Positions 53,204-62,845 of a stretch of DNA of 64,000 nt are shown one piece after another. Numbering within the stretch: the stretch's first letter is position 1; each line of letters starts with the position of its first letter. The position numbers and the translations under genes are program-made. This DNA is from Prevotella sp. (GTDB lineage: Bacteria > Bacteroidota > Bacteroidia > Bacteroidales > Bacteroidaceae), in contig JALFCG010000072.1 in NCBI GenBank assembly GCA_022771265.1, forward strand, positions 1,854 through 65,853. Direction: 5' to 3'. Below the pieces are notes generated by a model. It was not told the origin of the DNA and ran no database searches. It saw nothing but the letters and a program-made list of their open reading frames with translations.

Positions 53204-54319
53204 ATGAACAAGTACAGCAAATTGATTATTGCGGCGATAATCGCCTTGATTTTCATCGGAACATTCGTGTTCCTATACCAAAAGTCGCAACCCAAAGCGG
53301 TGGTTTACAATGAGTTCACGCCTTCTGTCAGCGACATCAGCAAAACCACGGTCATCACAGGTAAAATAGAGCCTCGTGACGAGGTCAGCGTAAAGCCGCA
53401 AATCAGTGGAATCATTACCGACCTTTACAAGGAGGCTGGTGACAGAGTAGAGGCTGGTGAGGTGATAGCAAAGGTTAAGGTCATTCCTGACATGGGACAA
53501 CTTAGCTCTGCAGAAGCACGTGTACGCCTTGCAGCCATCAACCTCAAGCAAGCAAAAGTTGACTTCAAGCGAGAGGAAAGCCTTTATAACCAGAAACTCG
53601 TCTCCGACGACGAATTCGACAAAATAAAGCAGGCTCTCAAACAGGCAGAAGAGGAAGCCGTTGCCGCCAACGACGCCCTTGAGGTGGTGCGCGACGGCGT
53701 GTCGAAAAGCAACGCCAACGCCAGCTCAACACTTATCCGTTCCACCATTTCAGGCATCATCCTTGACATTCCCGTAAAAGTGGGAAATACTGTCGTGCTG
53801 AGCAACACCTTCAACGACGGAACGACAATAGCCACCGTAGCCGACATGAACGACCTTATATTCCGCGGAAACATCGATGAGACAGAGGTGGGAAGCCTTG
53901 TCCAGGGCATGCCCATGAAAATCACCATCGGAGCACTTCAGAACCTTAACTTCGAGGCTACACTGGAATACATATCTCCAAAGGCAGTTGAAAACAACGG
54001 TGCCAACCAGTTTGAGGTCAAGGCTGCGGTAAAGGTTGCGAAAGGCGACAAGATTCGTGCCGGCTACAGCGCAAATGCGGAAATTGTGCTTGGAAAGGTT
54101 GAAAAAGTATTAACCCTGCCTGAAAGCGCAATAGAATTCAGCGGCGATTCCACCTTCGTATATATTGTAAAAGGTGAAGGTGAGAAAAAGACCTACGACA
54201 AGCGTGTGGTCACCACAGGACTCAGCGACGGAGTGAACATTGAGATTAAAAAAGGCATCACTGCCAAGGACAAAATCCGTGGTCCACAGAAAGTTGCCGA
54301 CAATAACAACAAGGAGTGA
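53204..54319 (+). CDS. efflux transporter periplasmic adaptor subunit (HlyD/MacA family)
   Basis: 371 aa. N-terminal TM, coiled-coil hairpin and beta-barrel regions. Context is between MacB-like permeases and TolC. Confidence 0.85.
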   Translation: MNKYSKLIIAAIIALIFIGTFVFLYQKSQPKAVVYNEFTPSVSDISKTTVITGKIEPRDEVSVKPQISGIITDLYKEAGDRVEAGEVIAKVKVIPDMGQLSSAEARVRLAAINLKQAKVDFKREESLYNQKLVSDDEFDKIKQALKQAEEEAVAANDALEVVRDGVSKSNANASSTLIRSTISGIILDIPVKVGNTVVLSNTFNDGTTIATVADMNDLIFRGNIDETEVGSLVQGMPMKITIGALQNLNFEATLEYISPKAVENNGANQFEVKAAVKVAKGDKIRAGYSANAEIVLGKVEKVLTLPESAIEFSGDSTFVYIVKGEGEKKTYDKRVVTTGLSDGVNIEIKKGITAKDKIRGPQKVADNNNKE

Positions 54320-54340
54320 AACAACAAATAGTTCATACTT

Positions 54341-55681
54341 ATGAAAAGACTGGTATTTTCCATAGGCTTAATCGCCGCCGCCATCACAGTGTCTGCCGAG
54401 ACACGACAGTGGTCACTGCGCCAGTGCATCGACTATGCCATTGACCACAACATCCAGGTCAAGCAGCAACAGAACATCACCCGACAGCAGCAGATACAGC
54501 TCGACGACAACCGCGGCAACCACCTTCCATCGGTTGACGCTTCCGTTGGTCAGAATTTCTCTTTCGGACGTGGACTCACAGCCCAAAACACTTACGAGAA
54601 CACCAATACGAGCAACACCTCCTTCCAGCTCAGCGCCTCCGTCCCGATATTTTCCGGCAACAGGATTGTCAATGCCGTAAAGCTCTCACAGCTTAACCTC
54701 GACGCGTCGCTCGCCGACCTTGAGAAAGCCAAGGACGACATACGCACACAGGTGGCAAAGGCCTACGTGCAGATTCTTTACGACATGGAAGTGGCGGAAG
54801 TGGCACAACGTCAGATTGCCATCGACTCCATGCAGGTCTATCGTCTCCAACGAATGTTGGAATCAGGGAAGGCAAGCCCCGCGGAAGTGTCACAGCAAAA
54901 GGCCACTCTCGCACAAAGCCGGCTCACAGCCACCAATGCCGACAACAACTACCGCCTGTCGCTACTCGCACTTAGCCAGCTGCTCGAACTTCCCTCACCA
55001 GAAGGTTTTGCGATAGTGCGCCCTGACGCGGAATCAATAATCCTTCCCGTGACGGCAAAGGGGAAAGCAGCCCTGCCCTCTCCCGACATCGTCTATGAGG
55101 AAGCTCTCGGCATCAAGCCCCAGATAAAGGCAGAACAGCTGCGCCTCTCAGGCACCGACTACAACATAAAGATTGCACGCGGCGAATATATGCCCTCACT
55201 TTCCTTCTCTGCCGGACTTGGCACTAATTACTACAAGACATCAGGCTCGCCGACTGACGGATTTGGCAAGCAGCTCAACAATAACTTCAGCCAATATCTC
55301 GGAGTGAACCTCTCCATCCCCGTGTTCAACCATTTCTCCACCCGCAACAAGATTCGCACCGCGAAAATCGACCGTGAGAACCAGGTGCTGAAACTCGAAA
55401 ACACGAAGAAGGACCTGTATAAAGAGATTCAACAGGTCTATTACAACGCTGTCGCTTCCTGCTGCAAGTACGAAAGCAGCCTTGAGGCAGAGAAAAGCAA
55501 CAACGACGCCTTCGAACTGACACGTGCGAAATACGAGAACGGCAAGGCGACCATCACTGAGTTCAACGAACAGAAGAACAACCTTCTGAAAGCCCAAAGC
55601 GACCTTGTCCAGGCAAAGTACGAGTATCTTTACCAGACATCCCTACTCGACTTCTACCGCGGGCGACAACTTGAATTTTAA
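54341..55681 (+). CDS. TolC family outer membrane efflux protein
   Basis: 446 aa. Signal peptide and a duplicated OEP repeat architecture. Confidence 0.85.
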   Translation: MKRLVFSIGLIAAAITVSAETRQWSLRQCIDYAIDHNIQVKQQQNITRQQQIQLDDNRGNHLPSVDASVGQNFSFGRGLTAQNTYENTNTSNTSFQLSASVPIFSGNRIVNAVKLSQLNLDASLADLEKAKDDIRTQVAKAYVQILYDMEVAEVAQRQIAIDSMQVYRLQRMLESGKASPAEVSQQKATLAQSRLTATNADNNYRLSLLALSQLLELPSPEGFAIVRPDAESIILPVTAKGKAALPSPDIVYEEALGIKPQIKAEQLRLSGTDYNIKIARGEYMPSLSFSAGLGTNYYKTSGSPTDGFGKQLNNNFSQYLGVNLSIPVFNHFSTRNKIRTAKIDRENQVLKLENTKKDLYKEIQQVYYNAVASCCKYESSLEAEKSNNDAFELTRAKYENGKATITEFNEQKNNLLKAQSDLVQAKYEYLYQTSLLDFYRGRQLEF

Positions 55682-55693
55682 ATTTTTGAAAAA

Positions 55694-55731
55694 GGGCGAG
55701 TGGTTGAGAAACCACCCGCCCTTTGTTTCTT
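55694..55731. terminator. bidirectional rho-independent terminator
   Basis: GGGCGAGTGGTT-GAGA-AACCACCCGCCC has one mismatch. TTTGTTTCTT follows on the plus strand and TTTTTC on the minus strand. It sits between the convergent TolC and ferredoxin genes. Confidence 0.75.
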
Positions 55732-55748
55732 CCATTAAGAAGCATCCA

Positions 55749-55919
55749 TTATGCCGGAAGGCTGATTGCCTCAGATGGGCAAACATCAGCACATGTGCCG
55801 CACTCTGTGCAGACATCAGGATTGATTGAATACTTCTCGCCCTCAGAGATTGCTCCTGCTGGGCACTCATCGATACATGTACCGCAAGCGATACAGTCGT
55901 CACCAATTACGTAAGCCAT
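55749..55919 (-). CDS. 2x[4Fe-4S] ferredoxin (56 aa; absent from the supplied ORF track because it is under 60 aa)
   Basis: Minus-strand translation is MAYVIGDDCIACGTCIDECPAGAISEGEKYSINPDVCTECGTCADVCPSEAISLPA. It has two CxxCxxCxxxCP motifs, its own TACTTTTG promoter box and the downstream terminator. Confidence 0.88.
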   Translation of the reverse strand: MAYVIGDDCIACGTCIDECPAGAISEGEKYSINPDVCTECGTCADVCPSEAISLPA

Positions 55920-55960
55920 AATAATATTCTTTTAAAAATTAATACCAAAAAATTGTGATG

Positions 55961-55968
55961 CAAAAGTA
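55961..55968 (-). promoter_or_regulatory. -7 promoter box TACTTTTG
   Basis: Plus strand reads CAAAAGTA, 42 nt upstream of the ferredoxin ATG. Confidence 0.6.
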
Positions 55969-56078
55969 CACAATATTTTTCAAATATACCACATTTTAGG
56001 TAGATAATTTCACTATTTATACGAAATCAAAATAAGGAGCGACACAATAAACAACGTTATTTGTTCGTTTATACCAAT

Positions 56079-56825
56079 ATGAAACGACTTGCAATAAGCA
56101 TATTATTAACCTGTTGCGCTCTCTTGTCAGCAACAGCCCAAGACCGCCAGGTGGAAAACAAGCCCTACATCGACTTGCGACCGCTACACTTTGGCATATT
56201 GGTAGGATTCCACGTTCAAGACGTTGACTTTGAAAACGTGGGACCTCAAACCATAGCTCAACCCGACGGCACCACCTCCGAGCAAACCATTCTCTGCGAT
56301 GCAGCCAAATGGAATCCGGGACTCAGTGTTGGAGTGCTTGCCGACCTTAGGCTTAACGACTATCTATCCCTGCGCCTGTCGCCTACGATGCATTTTGGCT
56401 CGAAGCAGCTCGTGTTCCGCAATCTTTCACAAACTGACGAGAAAGGAAGGCCTGTCGAAAAGACACAAGACCTTAAGAACACATACGTTTCCCTGCCTCT
56501 CGACCTGAAGTTCAGTTCTAAGCGCAACGGCAACTACAGGCCTTACGTCATGGCTGGCATCAACCCGATGATAAACCTTACGGCAAAGAGCGAGGACATC
56601 ATCCAGCTAAAACGCTACGACACGTTCCTTGAGGTCGGCATAGGCTGCGACCTTTACCTTCCCTTCTTCAAGCTCATCCCTGAGCTTAAGTTCTGCTACA
56701 GTCTTACCAACAGTCTGGCGAAGTCCCATGTCAACGACCTTAAGGACGAGGCGCTGAAGCCCTATGCCAATTCCGTCAGCTCCGCCCACAGCAAGATGAT
56801 TGTTCTCACGTTCAACTTCGAATAG
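56079..56825 (+). CDS. outer membrane beta-barrel protein, PorT/SprT-like
   Basis: I prefer the ATG at 56079 (MKRLAISILLTCCALLSATAQ). The early LHFGILVGFHVQDVDF motif and a size of about 248 aa resemble the PorT family. The call is tentative. Confidence 0.6.
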   Translation: MKRLAISILLTCCALLSATAQDRQVENKPYIDLRPLHFGILVGFHVQDVDFENVGPQTIAQPDGTTSEQTILCDAAKWNPGLSVGVLADLRLNDYLSLRLSPTMHFGSKQLVFRNLSQTDEKGRPVEKTQDLKNTYVSLPLDLKFSSKRNGNYRPYVMAGINPMINLTAKSEDIIQLKRYDTFLEVGIGCDLYLPFFKLIPELKFCYSLTNSLAKSHVNDLKDEALKPYANSVSSAHSKMIVLTFNFE

Positions 56826-56839
56826 GACGTTTGGCGATT

Positions 56840-57691
56840 TCAATTGTCGGAAATCACAAATGTCACGTGATAACCAGCCAAAGGCACTGCCGCAAGTGTC
56901 AGTTCGTAGCCTTGCATAAGCAACACCTGGCGCGAGAAAGGCAACCCGATGCCTGAGCCATGGCTCTTCGTGGTATAAAAAGGTACGAAGAGGTCACGTA
57001 TGTTTTCAGGCTGTATCGGTGCTCCATCGTTGCTGATGTATAGTTTTCCACCCCACCTCACTCCTATGTTCCCCGCTCCTGCCTCTACTGCATTTTTCAC
57101 TATGTTTATCAGCGCCTGGCGCAACAGGTTTGCGTCGATGAATAACGTTTGGGCAGAAGGAATGTCAATGTGCCATCGTTGTGAAGGATACATGCAGGCT
57201 ACACTTGCCACAAAGTCGTGCAGGTTAAGTTCCACAGGTTCAGGTTTCTGTATTTGGGTCATCTTACGATAACTGTCAACGAAGACGTTGAGAGCCGAAC
57301 TGGTGTCATGTATTGCCTCGATGCCCTCCCGATATGGAGAGGAGTTGATGGATGGCGAGGCGAGATACGACTGGCATATACTGAGTATTGGCGTAGTGGC
57401 ATTGTTAATCTCGTGGGTAAGCACTCTTGTAAGCTTTTCCCACGACTCCACCTCGCTCTGTGCCGTGAGCCTTCCGATATTGTTCTCCATGTCGTTGAGA
57501 GCCTTGAGCAATGCCCTCTCTCCGAATGCCATCCGCTTGCATGGCACACGGAAGGTGAAGTCGCCGTTGCGCACTGCCTCACGCATGAGGAACGCCATCT
57601 CCCTAAGGCGGCACTGATGGCGGTAGAACATGTACAGAGCTATCATTGCGACTACGGCAATTGCCAATACCATTATTATAAATATATTCAT
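56840..57691 (-). CDS. sensor histidine kinase (short; TM + HisKA + HATPase, no PAS)
   Basis: 283 aa. H-box SWEKLTRVLTHEINN, N-box IVKNAVEAGA and G-box GSGIGL. Paralogous to CDS 62835..63959. Confidence 0.82.
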   Translation of the reverse strand: MNIFIIMVLAIAVVAMIALYMFYRHQCRLREMAFLMREAVRNGDFTFRVPCKRMAFGERALLKALNDMENNIGRLTAQSEVESWEKLTRVLTHEINNATTPILSICQSYLASPSINSSPYREGIEAIHDTSSALNVFVDSYRKMTQIQKPEPVELNLHDFVASVACMYPSQRWHIDIPSAQTLFIDANLLRQALINIVKNAVEAGAGNIGVRWGGKLYISNDGAPIQPENIRDLFVPFYTTKSHGSGIGLPFSRQVLLMQGYELTLAAVPLAGYHVTFVISDN

Positions 57692-58206
57692 TTTTTTATT
57701 TTTGAATACAGTGTCTGCCTCGTGATGCCAAGCAGTTCTGCGGCACGCGAGATGTTACCATGACACTTGTCAACCACCTTTCTTACGTGTTGTGCCTCAA
57801 CGGTTTCGAGAGTGTCTATGCGGTTGTTGTTGTCGATGGCGTCCTTCAGCGTGCGTATGAGTTCATCGTTGTCCCAGGGCTTGGTGATAAAGTCGGCAGC
57901 ACCAGCCTTCAGTCCCTTCACTGCAAGCTGCACATCGGCAAAGGCCGTTACGAGCACAACAGGAATGTCAGCATGAAGCCTGTGTATCGTGCGGAGCCAT
58001 GTTAGTCCCTCCTGCCCGTTGTTCATGCCCATGGTAAAGTTCATGTCGAGCAGTACCACGTCCACCCTCTCCTGCTGGAGTTTCGCGAGCACTCCATCGG
58101 GATTTGGCAGTGTTATTATATGGTCAAACACGTCGGCGAGACATATCTTCAATGCCGTAAGTATTGACGCGTTGTCATCCACTATTAATATTGTTCCGTA
58201 TTTCAT
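57688..58206 (-). CDS. response regulator: receiver + Fis-type HTH, lacking the sigma54 AAA+ domain
   Basis: I prefer the ATG at 58206 (MKYGTILIVDDN); the track start is 58227. A TAATTTTG box on the minus strand (58222-58215) lies between the two ATGs. The C-terminal HTH is GNISRAAELLGITRQTLYSKIKK. Confidence 0.78.
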   Translation of the reverse strand: MKYGTILIVDDNASILTALKICLADVFDHIITLPNPDGVLAKLQQERVDVVLLDMNFTMGMNNGQEGLTWLRTIHRLHADIPVVLVTAFADVQLAVKGLKAGAADFITKPWDNDELIRTLKDAIDNNNRIDTLETVEAQHVRKVVDKCHGNISRAAELLGITRQTLYSKIKK

Positions 58207-58260
58207 ATCTGGTGCAAAATTAATCATTTCCCATGTTTTGACGAAATATTTTGATGGAAA

Positions 58261-58300
58261 TGTATGATTATCACACAGAAGTCTGTATGATTTTCATACA
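58261..58300. promoter_or_regulatory. two 17-bp imperfect palindromes, candidate regulator binding sites
   Basis: TGTATGATTATCACACA (58261-77) and TGTATGATTTTCATACA (58284-300) have centres 23 bp apart. They lie in the divergent region between the response regulator and the ABC operon. Confidence 0.5.
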
Positions 58301-58348
58301 ATCAGCCATTGCCTAAAGAAAAACGTTGGTCGTTTGGTGGCGAAGATG

Positions 58349-58356
58349 TAATTTTG
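58349..58356 (+). promoter_or_regulatory. -7 promoter box TAATTTTG
   Basis: Matches TAnnTTTG, 30 nt upstream of the ATG at 58386. Confidence 0.6.
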
Positions 58357-58385
58357 CAGTACGAAAACAACAATAACGACAAAAT

Positions 58386-59051
58386 ATGATAAGAACAGAA
58401 AACATCACACGAGTTTTCCGCACAGAAGAAGTGGAAACAGTAGCACTCAACGGAGTGACCATCGAGGTGGACAACGGCGAGTTTGTTGCCATCATGGGGC
58501 CATCGGGCTGCGGCAAATCGACATTGCTCAACATTCTCGGACTGCTCGACAGCCCCACAGAGGGCAAGTACTGGCTCGCCGAGGAGGAAGTGGGACATCT
58601 TAAGGAGCGCAAGCGCACAGCTTATCGCAAGGGGCGCATCGGCTTCGTGTTTCAGTCGTTCAACCTCATCGACGAACTCACCGTGGAGGAAAACATCGAG
58701 CTCCAGCTGAAATATCTCGGTGTGGAAAAGAATGAGCGCAAGCAACGAGTGCTCGACATACTGCGTAAGGTAAAACTGAGCCATCGTATGAAGCACTATC
58801 CCCACCAGCTCTCGGGAGGCCAACAGCAGAGGGTAGCCATAGCTCGTGCCGTGGTGGGCAGGCCCAGCATCATACTCGCCGACGAGCCTACTGGCAATCT
58901 CGACTCTAAAAACGGACAGGAGGTGATGGAATTGCTTTCAGAACTCAATCGCGAAGGCACAACGATTGTCATGGTGACCCACTCCCAGCACGATGCCACG
59001 TATGCAGGAAGGATTATTAATCTGTTTGATGGACAAGTGGTGGAATTATGA
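58386..59051 (+). CDS. ABC transporter ATP-binding protein (MacB/BceA-type)
   Basis: 221 aa. Motifs GPSGCGKST, LSGGQQQRVAIARAV and ILADEPTGNLD. Confidence 0.9.
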   Translation: MIRTENITRVFRTEEVETVALNGVTIEVDNGEFVAIMGPSGCGKSTLLNILGLLDSPTEGKYWLAEEEVGHLKERKRTAYRKGRIGFVFQSFNLIDELTVEENIELQLKYLGVEKNERKQRVLDILRKVKLSHRMKHYPHQLSGGQQQRVAIARAVVGRPSIILADEPTGNLDSKNGQEVMELLSELNREGTTIVMVTHSQHDATYAGRIINLFDGQVVEL

Positions 59052-61390
59052 AATCATATATTAAGTTTTTATCCCGCAATAAGCTATATGCTGCCATCGA
59101 AGCGTTCGGACTGTCGGTTGCCCTCGGCTTTGTGATAATCCTCGGAGCCTATGCCACGATGGAATACAGTGTGGGCAAGGTCAACGAGAGGTCGAGGGAG
59201 ATTTATGCTGTAGGCTGGGGCGACTACCTCGGCATGACATGGGGCACGGCACAGGAGTTTTTCCCGTCCATACCCGAAATTGAGGAGTGGACAAGAGTGG
59301 CTACTGCCGACCGCTTTCCTGGTTTTACTGTCGGCGACAACTTTTTCCCGACCCAAGCATATGCCATCGACCCCAACTTCTTCGAGTTTTTCGGCTATGA
59401 GGTCAGAGGAGGCGACAAGGGACGCGCTGTCGCCAACCTCAACGAGGCCATCATCAGCGAGTCGTTCGCCACAAAGGCTTTCGGCAACGACAATCCCATA
59501 GGCAAGACCATCAAGTGCGACACCCTGACATTTAAGATCACGGGAGTGATGCCCGATTTTGGCAAGTCCGACATTTTCCAACCCTTTGAGGTGATGGTAT
59601 CAATGAAACACAAGGAGGCGAGAGGCCAGCGAATGGACAGCTTCGGCGAGACCACTCCTTTCGTGCGCCTTGCCAAGGGTGCCAATCCTGACAAAGTGGC
59701 AGAAAAACTGCTCGATAAGTACGTGAAATACTGGGAGAGATTCCATTATCAGAGGGAAAACGACGGAAAAAGCTTTCTTTGGGGCTCGACGTTGACACGC
59801 ATGGACAAGCTTTATTTCTCTGACATAAACAACTGGTACATGCGCAACGGCGACAAGAAGCTGGTTGACATACTGCTTGCTGTAGCCCTCGTACTCCTCG
59901 TCTGCGCTATCTTCAACTACATCAACCTCACCGTGGCACAATCTGGGAAACGTGCCAAGGAGATGGCCACTCGACGTATTCTGGGCGAGAGCATTTGGGG
60001 TGTAATGTTGAGATATTTCAAAGAGTCAACACTATTCACGTCTGCCAGTTTCCTCTTCGGCTTGCTGCTGGCTCTATGCCTGATGCCATTGTTCAACGAC
60101 ATTCTCTCCACGAAAATCGCCTTCAATGTTTCTCCCGTGGTGCTACTTTCCACTGCGGCAGCCCTCATCGCCATATCGTTCGTCTGCGGCATAGTCCCTG
60201 CAACAGTCGTCTCACGCTATAACCCCATCGACGTGGTGAAGGGCAGTTTGACGATAAAGAACAAAATGTGGTTCAGCAAGATGTTCATCACGGCACAGGG
60301 CGTTGTCAGCACTACGCTCATCGCCGTAGGACTGACGATGACCCTTCAGATGCACCATCTTTACACCCTGCCCTATGGCTACAACAAGGATGGCATCATC
60401 GAGGCTATGACCAAAGCAATAGGCTTGGGGCTTGACCGCCAACAGTTTTTGGCAGATAAACTGAAAGCACTGCCAGAGGTGGCGGAAGCCATTCCCTGCG
60501 GTAGTTTACCTACAAGCACTGGCGCAAACGGCGTTCATAACGAGCAAGGCGAAACCACGTCGTGGGTGAGGATATGCCGACTTGACTCCACTGCGATGAA
60601 CCTCCTCGGTATCAAGGTCTTAGAGAGATATTGCGAACCCACAGAAGGGAAAATATGGGTCACGGAGAGCGGAAAACGCTTTTGGGGTGTGTCGGCGAAG
60701 AAGCCCTATTTTGGTGTCACCGACTCGAAACCTGAATATGAGTGTTGTGGAGTGATTGCCGACTTTCGCACTGGCAACGCCCTGCCACAAAAAAGGGAAT
60801 TAACCTACAACGCCGTAATGGTCATCCCGCGAGACTACTATTACCACAGCATGCTGATAAAGACGCAAGGCGACAAGGACAAGGCTCTTGCATCTGTAAA
60901 GAAAGTTTTAACAGAGGTGACAAAGGAGTTCACAGGCCTTCCTCTTGACATGCCATGTGACTATATAGACAACATACTCAGCGACTCACTGAAGTCACAA
61001 CGCAACACGATGACGCTCGTCCTTGCCTTCATGCTCGTCTCAATACTCATATCCGCCCTCGGCATGTTTGCCATGTCGGTATATTATGGTGAGCAGCAGC
61101 GCAAGCAGATAGCCTTGCGCAAGGTGATGGGAGCCACGGTGGCGAGTGCCTCATGGACTCTCTCGCGTCGCTTCCTAATGATGTCGGCAGTGTCAATCGT
61201 CATCTCCATCCCCTTGAGTGTCAAGGCAATGCGTCACTATCTCAGCGACTTCGTCTATCAGATTCCGATGCCTTGGTGGGTACTGGCCGCAGCAGCCTTC
61301 TTCACCCTCGCCATCGCCCTCCTCTCCATCGTCAGCCGCACGCTGAAAGCAGCTTCCTCCAATCCTGTGGAGAGCATCAAGGCGGAGTGA
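59048..61390 (+). CDS. ABC transporter permease with duplicated FtsX domains (about 780 aa, MacB/BceB-like)
   Basis: 780 aa. Two MacB_PCD-like extracytoplasmic regions, each followed by an FtsX TM bundle. ATGA overlap with the ATPase gene. Confidence 0.85.
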   Translation: MKSYIKFLSRNKLYAAIEAFGLSVALGFVIILGAYATMEYSVGKVNERSREIYAVGWGDYLGMTWGTAQEFFPSIPEIEEWTRVATADRFPGFTVGDNFFPTQAYAIDPNFFEFFGYEVRGGDKGRAVANLNEAIISESFATKAFGNDNPIGKTIKCDTLTFKITGVMPDFGKSDIFQPFEVMVSMKHKEARGQRMDSFGETTPFVRLAKGANPDKVAEKLLDKYVKYWERFHYQRENDGKSFLWGSTLTRMDKLYFSDINNWYMRNGDKKLVDILLAVALVLLVCAIFNYINLTVAQSGKRAKEMATRRILGESIWGVMLRYFKESTLFTSASFLFGLLLALCLMPLFNDILSTKIAFNVSPVVLLSTAAALIAISFVCGIVPATVVSRYNPIDVVKGSLTIKNKMWFSKMFITAQGVVSTTLIAVGLTMTLQMHHLYTLPYGYNKDGIIEAMTKAIGLGLDRQQFLADKLKALPEVAEAIPCGSLPTSTGANGVHNEQGETTSWVRICRLDSTAMNLLGIKVLERYCEPTEGKIWVTESGKRFWGVSAKKPYFGVTDSKPEYECCGVIADFRTGNALPQKRELTYNAVMVIPRDYYYHSMLIKTQGDKDKALASVKKVLTEVTKEFTGLPLDMPCDYIDNILSDSLKSQRNTMTLVLAFMLVSILISALGMFAMSVYYGEQQRKQIALRKVMGATVASASWTLSRRFLMMSAVSIVISIPLSVKAMRHYLSDFVYQIPMPWWVLAAAAFFTLAIALLSIVSRTLKAASSNPVESIKAE

Positions 61391-61503
61391 TATGGATTAA
61401 GTATTAAAAATTAAGAAGATAGGGGAAGAACCTATTTGTTAAAAAACAATAAGGCAACCAAGATTGTCGGACGCATTCTTGTCTGCCTTATCGTTTTTTT
61501 TTG

Positions 61504-61511
61504 TACTTTTG
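61504..61511 (+). promoter_or_regulatory. -7 promoter box TACTTTTG
   Basis: Matches TAnnTTTG, 36 nt upstream of the ATG at 61547. This supports the shorter start. Confidence 0.6.
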
Positions 61512-61546
61512 CAAAAGTTTTGGCATCATTCGGCAATTTCAAGACA

Positions 61547-62845
61547 ATGAAGAAAAAAGGCAACATACTTATCATCGACGACAACGAGGCAATGCTCGTG
61601 TCGCTAAGGATGTTACTGAAAAATGTGTTTGAGGACGTTCAGACATCAACCAACCCCAACGCCATTCCTACGCTCATGCGGAGGAAAAGACCCGACGTGG
61701 TGCTTCTCGACATGAACTTCGGACGAGGCATCAACAACGGCAACGAGGGACTCTTCTGGCTGAAGGAGATAAAGCGACAGGAGCCTGACGTGGCTGTAGT
61801 GCTCTTCACCGCCTATGCCGACATCGACCTTGCCGTAAGGGGTATAAAAGACGGGGCAGCCGACTTTATCGTGAAACCGTTTGAAAACGAAGTGCTGATA
61901 GAAAAACTTAGGGCTGTCGTGCCACGCGACGGAGGTGCGGCACATCACGACAACGCGACGCAGCTATTCCCCACGTCAAAAGGAAGCGGGGAACTGATGG
62001 AAATGGTGAGCAAAGTAGCTCCTACTGACGCTAACATTCTCATCACAGGCGAGAACGGCACAGGAAAAGAGGTGCTGGCAAGGGAGATTCACCGACTGTC
62101 AAAACGACACGCCAAGCAGATGGTCACCGTCGATATGGGAGCCATCACCGAGACTCTCTTTGAAAGCGAGCTGTTCGGACATGTGAAGGGGGCGTTCACC
62201 GACGCCAAGACCGACAAACCTGGAAAGATGGAGCTGGCTGCTGGCAGCACGCTCTTCATGGACGAAATCGGCAACCTCTCCTACCCCCTTCAGGCAAAGC
62301 TGCTCTCAGCCCTGCAACGACGCACTGTCACTCGCATCGGCGGCACAAAGGAAACGCCCATCGACATACGCCTCATCTCCGCCACCAACCGCAACCTTCA
62401 GGAAATGGTCAAGGAGGGAACGTTCCGCGAAGACCTGCTCTATCGCATGAACACCATCTGCCTTCACCTTCCCCCGCTGCGGGAACGCAAAGAGGAAATC
62501 ATCCCTCTCGCGGAACAGTTTATAAGAAAATTTTCAACCTTCTACAACAAAACCCCGATAGAAATCGACGACAAGGTCCGCCGACAGCTGCTCGACTACC
62601 AGTGGCCAGGCAACATCCGCGAGCTGGAGCACACGATGGAAAGGGCTGTGATAATCGGGGAGATAAGCATTCCTCGCTCCTCCTCTTCTCCCTCACCCAC
62701 TCCCTCGTCGTCCCTCGCCTCCATGGAACGCGACGTCATTGCCCGCGCCATCCACGACTGCGAGGGCAACCTCTCCCTCGTCGCCCAGCGCTTGGACATC
62801 TCCCGCCAGACTCTCTACAACAAAATAAAGAAATATGGACTCTAA
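61547..62845 (+). CDS. sigma-54-dependent Fis family response regulator (NtrC-type)
   Basis: I prefer the ATG at 61547 (MKKKGNILIIDDN). Domains are receiver, AAA+ (GENGTGKE, GAFTDA, ESELFGH) and a Fis HTH (LDISRQTLYNKIKK). Confidence 0.9.
   Translation: MKKKGNILIIDDNEAMLVSLRMLLKNVFEDVQTSTNPNAIPTLMRRKRPDVVLLDMNFGRGINNGNEGLFWLKEIKRQEPDVAVVLFTAYADIDLAVRGIKDGAADFIVKPFENEVLIEKLRAVVPRDGGAAHHDNATQLFPTSKGSGELMEMVSKVAPTDANILITGENGTGKEVLAREIHRLSKRHAKQMVTVDMGAITETLFESELFGHVKGAFTDAKTDKPGKMELAAGSTLFMDEIGNLSYPLQAKLLSALQRRTVTRIGGTKETPIDIRLISATNRNLQEMVKEGTFREDLLYRMNTICLHLPPLRERKEEIIPLAEQFIRKFSTFYNKTPIEIDDKVRRQLLDYQWPGNIRELEHTMERAVIIGEISIPRSSSSPSPTPSSSLASMERDVIARAIHDCEGNLSLVAQRLDISRQTLYNKIKKYGL

Noticed and set aside
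58327-58341. Sigma54-like TGGTCGTTTGGTGGC upstream of the ABC operon.
   Set aside because: Only the GG/GC dinucleotides and their spacing fit. The flanking consensus (TGGCAC / TTGC) is poorly matched and it overlaps a sigma70-type TAATTTTG box. It needs experimental TSS data before it can be called.
61521-61535. Sigma54-like TTGGCATCATTCGGCA upstream of the NtrC-type regulator gene.
   Set aside because: The GG-to-GC spacing is 11 rather than 12, and it lies downstream of a good TAnnTTTG box, just before the ATG.
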